Origin: Candidatus Bathyarchaeota archaeon
GTDB lineage: Archaea > Thermoproteota > Bathyarchaeia > Bathyarchaeales > Bathycorpusculaceae
NCBI GenBank assembly: GCA_963715865.1
Contig: OY970280.1
Location: forward strand, 288,001 to 352,000
DNA length: 64,000 nucleotides
Reading direction: 5' to 3'
Shown one piece after another: positions 50,028 through 57,891 of the stretch (the stretch's first letter is position 1; every line of letters starts with the position of its first letter). A program made the translations under genes and the position numbers. The notes under the pieces are model-generated. The model saw only the letters and a program-made list of their open reading frames with translations. It searched no databases and was not told the origin of the DNA.

Positions 50028-50176
50028 ACCTCGTTTCGCTGTATATGAAACGGATATAGATAAAGCGTTTATGAAATCACAATCTATATTTTAGAGTCAT
50101 TGCATTTTTTCGTCGTGCACACGAAAACTGAGGCTGAGGAACTTTTGCTGAAGAAAGCCTCACGTTTCAGGGAGAA

Positions 50177-50295
50177 TGGTGCAGGGGGTGGGATTTGAAC
50201 CCACGAACCTCTACAGGATAGGCTCCTGAAGCTATCGCACCGCTCTCTTGTGGGAGGGCAGTTCTACGCCTTTGACCATGCTCGGCGACCCCTGC
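50177..50295 (-). tRNA. tRNA-Leu(CAG) with a 31-nt intron at position 29/30, CCA encoded
   Basis: GCAGGGG/CCCCTGC acceptor stem and long variable arm. Removing 50233..50263 restores the TAGGC-TTCAGGA-GCCTA anticodon arm and an 88-nt tRNA. Confidence 0.92.
50233..50263 (-). other. Non-canonical tRNA intron with relaxed BHB motif
   Basis: Bulges AG|A and TA|G, outer helix ACTGC/GCGGT, and central helix GCGT/GCGA (3 pairs plus a G.A mismatch). Confidence 0.8.
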
Positions 50296-50438
50296 ACGGA
50301 AATATTGAATGTAGTTATTCAAAATGAGCCTTACAAATAAATACATACTGTCGTGCTTTTATAAAAGAGCAGCCAACCGACTCTTGAAAAGATAGTAGTT
50401 TTTAATTACCTCATCTGCTAAAGCGCTTATTTGATATT

Positions 50439-51005
50439 ATGAACCCAGCTAACAGTAGAAAGTCAAAAATTTTAGAACTTGCTCTTACTAACAGGGAAAT
50501 AGCTGCCGTTGTATTAGGTCAAGCCCTTTTGGATGAAGGCGGAATCGGCTCCCAGAGTATAACGATATTTTACACAAATAAAGGGGAAGCCGAACAGCTT
50601 TGGAAAATTGCCGATTCATTAGGATATGCAAATCCCTTAAGCACGAAAAAACACAGAAATCATTGCCAATATGGTTTTTCTATAAAAGCAGCTAAGCGAA
50701 GGGAGCTATATGAGCAAATAGGTCCATTGCCAAATCCGAGAAAAGACAAAATATTTTTGCACTTGGCTAGTAGAGGAGGAAAAACTGTGAGGGCAGAAGG
50801 AGAAACAAGAGGGTTAATTCTTCAATCGCTTAAATTGAACCCTAAAACGGTTCTCGACTTAATGCTTGAGTTAGATACGAATGCCTCAACAATGAGAAAA
50901 CACCTAAAAAAACTCCAAAATGAAGGACTTGTGCGAATAATTGGTAAGGATTATGATGCACTTCAGAAAAGCCTTAGAACAGCGAATTTATGGAAAGCTA
51001 TCTGA
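50439..51005 (+). CDS. Single-motif LAGLIDADG-like domain fused to a C-terminal winged HTH
   Basis: VVLGQALLDEGGI helix followed by the strand-helix-strand order of LAGLIDADG folds, then ILQSL...KTVLDL...NASTMRKHLKKLQNEGLV. Confidence 0.55.
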   Translation: MNPANSRKSKILELALTNREIAAVVLGQALLDEGGIGSQSITIFYTNKGEAEQLWKIADSLGYANPLSTKKHRNHCQYGFSIKAAKRRELYEQIGPLPNPRKDKIFLHLASRGGKTVRAEGETRGLILQSLKLNPKTVLDLMLELDTNASTMRKHLKKLQNEGLVRIIGKDYDALQKSLRTANLWKAI

Positions 51006-51027
51006 AAACAATTTCTAAGAGGAATAA

Positions 51028-52218
51028 TTATTCACTAGTTTCAAGATATTCAGCCAAAGACTTTTTCCACGTAACAGGCGATGAATTAAAGGCGTCCTTA
51101 AACCGAGAATAAACCGTTTCATCGGGGTTGACAATGGTGAAGTGCACTCTTTTTTGTAAATTGCCTGACAATCCCAGCCGCAGAATGGCTTCAGTACCAA
51201 AATCGGTGGACGGAAAGCTATACCCAATTATTACAATCTCCCGAGAAACGGCAACTTGAGTAATCGCCCGGTTCCAGAGGTACTTAAGTGGGTGCATTGA
51301 ATAGTCTTTTGCCAATAAAGGCGGAACTATCACTCTTTCAAGATAAATGTTTGACTGGTTGCATGTTGGACAAGTCTTCGGTTTTATCGAATTCCAAGCG
51401 CCCATTTTCTCCGAACGCGTTAATAAATAGGAATTGCAATAAGAACAATGCAACCAATTCAATGAACCATGCAACTTAAGCATAGCTACTTGCGACCACT
51501 TGCTTTCTGGGCTTTCCCAACTTTGTTCGCTATACACTTTATTAAATGGTAAAAAATAACCAGAGTCCGTTAACTTTCCAGATTGCCTGAGTGCATTATC
51601 CATAAGCAAGTCGTAATTAAAACTGATTACCGCATCGCCTTGTTCCAAAGAGTCTGCCAACTTCAAATGTTCTTGACAAACTTGTCCCCTCAGTGCTTCT
51701 TCAATTGTTATTGCTACCAATTCTAGCAACGCTGGAAGCGAATCATCTACATAGAAATTTGAACTATCTTTTCTCGGATACCCATACAATGAGGGCATAG
51801 GCTGAAAAACTTCAGTCTGAAGACTAAGCTGGGTCATTACTTTTTCAAGGCTAAGACGTTTGTCGTCTAAGAAATCCAGAGTTTTCCTACCCTTCTCAGT
51901 ATTTATCCAACCTTTCATGAAGGATTCTTGATCGAAACTAAAGTCATAGCCATAAAGTCCTTGCAGAGTAAGTATCATATTTTGAATTGTTAATAGAAAG
52001 TTAGGTTCTACATTGCCGCTAAGCAGGACTTTCTTAGCCATTCTAAAAAAGTCATTGTCAGTGGGACATTCAAGACCAGGTATTTGGGATACGCTCTGTT
52101 TGAAGTTTTTAGAGCAGCCAGCACCTATTATCAGCAGTTTATGACCACTCATATTCCTCATATGATCATTTAAAAACTTGTATTCATCTTGCAATCGGTT
52201 GGTCAGTTGTTCAAGCAT
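51028..52218 (-). CDS. SIR2-like (SIR2_2) NAD-binding protein with a zinc-binding insertion
   Basis: IIGAGCSK, SFNYD, KLHGS, CSYC...CPTC, IVPP and IIGYSFP.TD. Confidence 0.85.
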   Translation of the reverse strand: MLEQLTNRLQDEYKFLNDHMRNMSGHKLLIIGAGCSKNFKQSVSQIPGLECPTDNDFFRMAKKVLLSGNVEPNFLLTIQNMILTLQGLYGYDFSFDQESFMKGWINTEKGRKTLDFLDDKRLSLEKVMTQLSLQTEVFQPMPSLYGYPRKDSSNFYVDDSLPALLELVAITIEEALRGQVCQEHLKLADSLEQGDAVISFNYDLLMDNALRQSGKLTDSGYFLPFNKVYSEQSWESPESKWSQVAMLKLHGSLNWLHCSYCNSYLLTRSEKMGAWNSIKPKTCPTCNQSNIYLERVIVPPLLAKDYSMHPLKYLWNRAITQVAVSREIVIIGYSFPSTDFGTEAILRLGLSGNLQKRVHFTIVNPDETVYSRFKDAFNSSPVTWKKSLAEYLETSE

Positions 52219-52278
52219 TTGATTGCCCTTTAATAAATAGGGCTTAGGTCATTTATTGGTTTTCTAGAGTATTCATTT

Positions 52279-52320
52279 CTGAAAGCCTACGCCTTTGGCC
52301 ATGCTCGGCGACCCCTGCAC
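52279..52320 (-). repeat. Displaced 5' half of tRNA-Leu lacking the intron
   Basis: The minus strand reads GTGCAGGGGTCGCCGAGCATGGCCAAAGGCGTAGGCTTTCAG, i.e. exon 1 joined directly to exon-2 GCTT(T)CAG. Confidence 0.85.
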
Positions 52321-52473
52321 TTAACGGACTTGCTGTATCAAAATTAATTCTTAATGATAAATACGTTACCACTAGCATTTTTTCGACATGTAAGTATGCC
52401 TCTCGCGGTTAATTTGGTAAAAAGCTTAAATCTTTACTGCAAACAAAAAAGAACAGTGCGGGCGAAAGAGTTT

Positions 52474-53085
52474 ATGGGCGTTGGCTGGAAAGAATGGAGT
52501 AAAAGTGACGCTATCTATGGAATTCTAGTTCCAGTAATCGTAGTTTTGGCAATTGTTGGCCTCTCCAGATTAGGTTCCGTTTTAGGGTTTGACTCCTATG
52601 GCGTCGTAATAGGAATCATCATGGAGCTTGAAGAGTTAACTGTTATTGCTGTGGTTCCGCTTTTGCTCGGGTTAATTTGGAACCGCTGGGCAGGCGGAGC
52701 CGCGGGCTTTTTGATGGGCAGCCTCTATGCCTTGTATTGGGCAGACCAGTTTGGACAACTAAGCACTTTAGGTTTTCACGCGAGTGCAGGCATGATTTTG
52801 CTAGGGTATGTTCTAAGCGCTATGCTTATTGGTTATATGGCTGGAGCATTGAGCAAGCGTTCAGAAGACTTACGCAGAATGATTATCTCCGGAGTAACCG
52901 CAACAACCATCGGGGGACTGCTGCTTTTCGGAGTTTTCCAGCTTTCGCCTGCAAACGTTGTGACGGGGTTAGATGGCTTTCTGCTAACTCTGCTTCCGCG
53001 AATCGCGTGCGGAGCTATTATTCCAGTCATAGCCAAAGTATTCTTCTGGTACGGTGTAGGCTTAAACAAAAAAGCAAATTCATGA
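52474..53085 (+). CDS. Hypothetical multi-pass membrane protein
   Basis: About six TM helices. ATG at 52474 is preferred over the ORF-track start. Confidence 0.65.
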   Translation: MGVGWKEWSKSDAIYGILVPVIVVLAIVGLSRLGSVLGFDSYGVVIGIIMELEELTVIAVVPLLLGLIWNRWAGGAAGFLMGSLYALYWADQFGQLSTLGFHASAGMILLGYVLSAMLIGYMAGALSKRSEDLRRMIISGVTATTIGGLLLFGVFQLSPANVVTGLDGFLLTLLPRIACGAIIPVIAKVFFWYGVGLNKKANS

Positions 53086-53103
53086 CCTTGAGGCTGTTCA
53101 TCC

Positions 53104-53391
53104 CTAAGCTTTGGCTTTCTTCAGTTTTTCAATTATCTTTTGAGTTTCTGCTTCTGATGGGTGCGTGATGGCGCCGGCAGGACAGATATCTTCACAACCT
53201 CTACACATAACTACGCACGCATTTTGGTTTTTTACAACCGTTTTCTTTTTTCCATCTTTCTCTTCGAATCCGAAAGTTCTCATGTGACAGAAATCTACGC
53301 ATTTTCCGCAACTGATGCATTTTTCATAGTCTATGCTTGGATACCACGGTATCTTGTTTCTTGAAATTCCTTCGTATGATTCTTCAGACAT
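53104..53391 (-). CDS. 2x[4Fe-4S] ferredoxin
   Basis: CISCGKCVDFC and CVVMCRGCEDICP. Confidence 0.85.
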   Translation of the reverse strand: MSEESYEGISRNKIPWYPSIDYEKCISCGKCVDFCHMRTFGFEEKDGKKKTVVKNQNACVVMCRGCEDICPAGAITHPSEAETQKIIEKLKKAKA

Positions 53392-53545
53392 TAGTTAGTC
53401 GCCTTGCTATTGCTCAGTTACGGACAACCGCATCTACTAGATCATGGATGCCATGACGCCTGATCTTATCAATGCTCTCGCAAAAGAAGCTTTTGAGCAC
53501 ATGACTTGCAGTTAACTACTGGCGGGGTACAGGCGCCGTAGGAGG

Positions 53546-53619
53546 GGCCGAGGCAGGGATTTGAACCCTGGCAAAAGGCTCCACAGGCCTCTAGGCTACC
53601 AAGCTACCTCACCTCGGCC
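53546..53619 (-). tRNA. tRNA-His(GTG) with encoded G-1 and C73
   Basis: GCCGAGG/CCTCGGC acceptor stem, GAGGC-CTGTGGA-GCCTT arm and GGTTCAAATCC. The 3' end reads CCT, so CCA is not fully encoded. Confidence 0.93.
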
Positions 53620-54099
53620 ACGTTTCCATGCTTTTCCACGACTTCGACCGCGTCGCTTCGTTACATTCATAGCAAACACCTTATTTTCGTTTACGGAAGA
53701 TTTTGCGTGGTATAACATTGTACTTTTCAACACATGAAGGTGCGCATGTGAATTTCTTTTGTCATGAAGCGATTTCTCATCATTCCGAAATGTTAAAAAC
53801 CCTGAAACGTTAGGGTCATCACAAGAAATTAGCACAATGGAATCACAAAAACATCAACTGTTTCTATCTAGCTGACAAGCCCAAATTCAACTTTGAAAAC
53901 ATCTTCACGCTTTTTATTTTTTAAACATCGAGTTGACATCCGCGTAAAAACTAGGTAGAAACACCTTCTCTTAAAATTAGAAAAAATCAGTAATTTAGCT
54001 TTTACGAGACTAAAAAGCGTCGGAAGCCAGTTTTGGGAGGGGTCTCTCATGAAGACAACTAAATGAAGACTTTAAAGGATGTAAGCCACGTTTCTAGTG

Positions 54100-54198
54100 T
54101 TACGCTTTTGTTTTGAGTTCTAACCGAATGTTGTAAATAACAACAGCGAATGAAGCAAAGATTACTGCAAGTGAAGCTAAATCGATTACGCCAAACAT
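54100..54198 (-). CDS. 32-aa single-TM peptide (KdpF-sized)
   Basis: MFGVIDLASLAVIFASFAVVIYNIRLELKTKA, with RBS GGTGA and a motif-plus-TATA promoter directly upstream. Confidence 0.5.
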   Translation of the reverse strand: MFGVIDLASLAVIFASFAVVIYNIRLELKTKA

Positions 54199-54241
54199 GT
54201 TTTCACCATTTTTATTGATACATAGTTGTATGCGCAGTAAA

Positions 54242-54275
54242 ATATAAATCTACTTGTGATTTGTTCATAATTTTT
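54242..54275 (-). promoter_or_regulatory. Operator-like motif plus TATA box, copy 1
   Basis: ttgtgatttgttcataattttt (54254..54275), with ATATAA starting 19 bp before TTGTTCATAA. Confidence 0.65.
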
Positions 54276-54396
54276 CATAAAAACTAAACATGCGTATAAA
54301 TCAAAACAGAAAATTTATATGCAAAAGACCAATATATATTGTTCTGTTTAAACAAAAAAATAGTTAAAATGAAAAACAACCGAGAGGTAAAAAAAA

Positions 54397-54633
54397 TTGA
54401 AAGCCTATATACTCTTAAGCACCAAACCCGGCACATCTTTGGAAGTGGTTAAAAGAATAAAAGAAAAAGTCAAAGAAGTCGTCGTTGCAGACGCTATCTT
54501 CGGTCGATACGACGCAATCATAGTGTTAGAGGCACCAGCACTTGAAAACATAAACCAAGTGGTTTACAAAATAATCGAAAAGGACCCCAACGTAATCCGC
54601 ACAGAAACATCCATCGTACTGTCACCGATGTAG
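54397..54633 (+). CDS. Stand-alone Lrp/AsnC ligand-binding (RAM) domain
   Basis: KAYILL...G....V...I...V..A..IFGRYDAI...I...VIRTETSIV. Confidence 0.82.
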   Translation: MKAYILLSTKPGTSLEVVKRIKEKVKEVVVADAIFGRYDAIIVLEAPALENINQVVYKIIEKDPNVIRTETSIVLSPM

Positions 54634-54744
54634 CTTCTGGGCTCGAGCCGACGAGTTCCAATCATTTTTTTTGGCTCTCTCTAAAATTCTAAACTCTGAA
54701 AACTGAAAAAAACAGCGTAGGCGAGAAAAACAAATGCCTCTCTC

Positions 54745-55039
54745 TTAAACTGGTGAAGGCGCTGACGAATTGTTTTCTTCGATGCATTTTGGTCCTTTAT
54801 GAGCTTTAAGCACAATGGAGCTGACGGTGCTTTTTACACCTTTTATTTTCATTATCTTGTTCTTGAGTATGTCTCGAAATTCTTCTATGTCAGCGGCTGA
54901 AACCAGAGTTACGATGTCAAATTCTCCTGTAACTTCGTAAAGCTCTTCCAAGTGTTCTAATTGGGTGAGTGAAGATAGTACGCTGTCCATTTCTGGCGAT
55001 TCCACAAATATGTCCACGAATGCCTAGTAGCCTTGGCAT
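54745..55039 (-). CDS. Stand-alone Lrp/AsnC ligand-binding domain, with an apparent +1 frameshift after codon 5
   Basis: EELYEVTGEFDIV...IKGVKSTVSSIV. ATG 55039 gives MPRLL, and removing one G restores MPRLLAFVDIF, like the paralog MRRFLASVNIF. Confidence 0.75.
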
Positions 55040-55239
55040 AACAGGTCATCTTTTCCACTGAACATAAGTTCTATATATTTATACTTTACTCGCCATACAA
55101 GCAGAAATTTCATGTGTTTTAGACAACAATTGTATCACAAAAACAGTTTAAAACTAAAAATTTGATAAATCATGGTTGCTATGGGCATCTGGCATACTAA
55201 ACATTAGTTATGGCGAGATATTTCATCAGGCACTCACTG

Positions 55240-55692
55240 TTATCCAGAGAATCGGCTGTAGATGGAAGGATATTCTTTTATGAGTGCCAGATTGATTCGC
55301 AAGACGTTTACGTATGGGCTGCCAAAGATCCAAAGTGTTCCCTCCTGAGTCTGGTTGACAATATATGTTAACGAATCCGCAGGAATGCCAGTTGCGTTAC
55401 TTATTCTAGGTATTTGGGAATACGCGTCTTGAAGTGTGATGTCTGGGTCTACTCCTGAGGCTGAGTCGTTTCTTGGATGGAAGAAGATGGGCAGTGTGAA
55501 GTTTTGGGCTATGAGGTTTGACCCGACGGCTTTTCCGTTTAGTTGGACGATTTCGCCGTTTGCTTGGTAGGGAAAGAAAACTTGAGCTATGCCAGTGACT
55601 AAAAGGGGGAAGAATAATCCGCAGATTAAAAGCGAGATTACTGTCAGTCCTATGATCGGTTTGAAATTCCATTTTTCTTTGTTTTCTGTCAT
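55240..55692 (-). CDS. kdpC: K+-transporting ATPase subunit C
   Basis: FP.LVTGIAQ..FP.QANG, GSNLIAQNF, FHPR, SASGVDP.I...A..Q..RI and VNVLRINLAL. Confidence 0.9.
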   Translation of the reverse strand: MTENKEKWNFKPIIGLTVISLLICGLFFPLLVTGIAQVFFPYQANGEIVQLNGKAVGSNLIAQNFTLPIFFHPRNDSASGVDPDITLQDAYSQIPRISNATGIPADSLTYIVNQTQEGTLWIFGSPYVNVLRINLALIKEYPSIYSRFSG

Positions 55693-55704
55693 GGTTTATC
55701 CACC

Positions 55705-57891
55705 TTAAATATGAAACACTCCTACGAGTAGTAAGTCTATGAGTTTGATTCCCACGAATGGCACAATGACGCCGCCCACACCATAAATAAGGGTGTTTTT
55801 CAGGAAAAGCGTCATCGTACTTGTTGGCTTGAAAGCTATGCCCCGCATGGCAAGAGGAATCAAGAGTGGAATGATAATTGCGTTGAAAATAAGCGCCGAC
55901 AAAACTGCGCTTTTCAAGCCAAGGTGCAGCACGTTTAGGGCTTGCAGTTGCGGTATTGCCGCGCCGAACAAGACAGGCATTATTGCGAAGTATTTGGCTA
56001 CATCATTGGCAATGCTGAAAGCAGTAACCGCGCCTCGAGTCATGAGCAACTGTTTCCCGAGCATTACGACTTCTATTATTTTTGCCGGATTTGATTCTAG
56101 GTCGACCATGTTCGCAGCTTCTTTTGCAGCTTCGGTGCCAGAATTCATCGCCAGACCCACATCAGCGACAGAAAGTGCTGGGGCATCATTAGTTCCATCG
56201 CCTATCATTGCGACTATCCTACTTTCAGCCTGCTCCTTCTTGGCTATACTGAATTTGTCTTCGGGCTTGGCCTGCGCCACATATTCTTCGATTCCAACCT
56301 CTGATGCAATACTTTTTGCAGTGAGTGGTTGGTCTCCAGTTATCATGACTGGGCGTATTCCCATGACTTTAAGAGCCTGAATTTTTTCTTTTATGCCTTC
56401 TTTGAGGACGTCTTTCAGTCTGATTATTCCGATGGCTTCGCGGTTTCTTGCGATGGCTATAGGTGTTTCGCCCTCTGCAGATATTCCTTCTACGATGAGG
56501 TCATAGTTTGGAGGAACGGAAGCTACACTTTTTTTGATGGCTTCTGGAGCGCCTTTGACGATTTCAATTTCAGGTTCGATTCTTGAGGCAACTCCTTCTT
56601 CGGATACTATTGAGGATTTTCTTCTGATTCTCAGTCGGTCTCGTCCTGATTTGTCACCTTTTGGAAGCGTTAAGCCCATGTGAGTTATTTTCACTCCGCT
56701 CGTGCGAGTGCTGGCTGAGAACGGGTAAGCTTCTGAAAGTGCGAGAGAGTTCAGTTCTTTTGGTACGAAACCTTTCTCGTATGCTAGCCTTAGTATGCTG
56801 CGTCCTTCAGGGGTATCGTCGTTCCATGAGGATAGAAACGCTGCTTCCCCTACGTCTTCTTCTGAACTGCCCTCAAACGGTACAAACTCTATTGCCTGTC
56901 TGTTGCCAACAGTGATGGTACCCGTCTTGTCCAGAAGAACAACGTCTGCGTCACCTGCGGTTTCTATGGCTTTGCCTGACTTGGCAATTATCTTGTGTTT
57001 ATACAATCGGGACATTCCTGAAAGCCCAATTGCAGGCAGCAGGGCACCTATGGTTGTGGGAAGAAGGCAAACGTAGAGCGCGATTAGTACTGAAAGGTCA
57101 GCTCCAAGACCAAGCGTGACCGACATACCTAGCAAAGCAAGTATTATGATGGTGAAGATGGCGGTCAATCCAATCAGCACAATAGTTATTGCGACTTCGT
57201 TGGGAGTCTTTGGCCTCTTAGAAGATTCAACCATCTTTATCATTTGGTCAATGAAGGTCTCGCCAGGGTTAGTCGTAACCTTCGCCGTTAAAGTATCGCT
57301 TACCACTCGCGATCCACCGATAAGCGAGTCTCCAGGCGCCTTCCGAACTGGAGATGATTCACCCGTGACAAGCGACTCATCAACCATGGCAATTCCCTCA
57401 AGTACATCAGCGTCTAGGGGAACGATGTCGCCTTTTTCGATAAGGATGAGATCATCTTTTCGGAGTTCAGTCGATTTTACGGTAACTAATTTCCTCGTCC
57501 ATTCTTCCGTTACAATTTTTTTGCTGGGAACCTCGGTTTCCAATTTCCGTAAGGCGCCTGCTGTGCTTTTTGCCTGTTGCTCAGCAAGAGCGTCGGAGAG
57601 TGTGCTGAACCAAACTGTAATGAGGAGAATCGCGGCGACTTCAACGTAGAAGATTTGCAGACTGGGACTGGCTACCGGCACGAAAGCTTGTGGGATGATA
57701 GCCATTGCTGCCACAATAAAGAAGGTGATTTCAACGATCAGCATCACTGGATTTTTGAGCAGTGATTTAGGGCTTAAACGGACTACCGAATCGACCAGCA
57801 CTTTTCTAGAGAAAGCTGACCTCATTCCGCCAGGGGCTGATTCCTTTCTAGTTATGGTTGGTTCTAAAGTTTTCTCAGCATCAGAAGCCAT
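55705..57891 (-). CDS. kdpB: K+-transporting ATPase subunit B
   Basis: KNPVM, TGES, RPKTPNE, CLLPTTIG, DKTGTIT.GNR, TPEGRS, GDGTNDAPAL and SIANDVAKYFAI. Confidence 0.95.
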   Translation of the reverse strand: MASDAEKTLEPTITRKESAPGGMRSAFSRKVLVDSVVRLSPKSLLKNPVMLIVEITFFIVAAMAIIPQAFVPVASPSLQIFYVEVAAILLITVWFSTLSDALAEQQAKSTAGALRKLETEVPSKKIVTEEWTRKLVTVKSTELRKDDLILIEKGDIVPLDADVLEGIAMVDESLVTGESSPVRKAPGDSLIGGSRVVSDTLTAKVTTNPGETFIDQMIKMVESSKRPKTPNEVAITIVLIGLTAIFTIIILALLGMSVTLGLGADLSVLIALYVCLLPTTIGALLPAIGLSGMSRLYKHKIIAKSGKAIETAGDADVVLLDKTGTITVGNRQAIEFVPFEGSSEEDVGEAAFLSSWNDDTPEGRSILRLAYEKGFVPKELNSLALSEAYPFSASTRTSGVKITHMGLTLPKGDKSGRDRLRIRRKSSIVSEEGVASRIEPEIEIVKGAPEAIKKSVASVPPNYDLIVEGISAEGETPIAIARNREAIGIIRLKDVLKEGIKEKIQALKVMGIRPVMITGDQPLTAKSIASEVGIEEYVAQAKPEDKFSIAKKEQAESRIVAMIGDGTNDAPALSVADVGLAMNSGTEAAKEAANMVDLESNPAKIIEVVMLGKQLLMTRGAVTAFSIANDVAKYFAIMPVLFGAAIPQLQALNVLHLGLKSAVLSALIFNAIIIPLLIPLAMRGIAFKPTSTMTLFLKNTLIYGVGGVIVPFVGIKLIDLLLVGVFHI

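Larger units (their letters stand above)
50264..52320. mobile_element. ~2-kb islet bounded by direct repeats of the tRNA-Leu 5' half
   Basis: 34-bp direct repeat at 50264..50297 and 52287..52320 with one mismatch. It encloses two cargo genes and no integrase. Confidence 0.75.

Noticed and set aside
53596-53835. 79-aa ORF in the track
   Set aside because: Overlaps tRNA-His and has no recognisable motifs.
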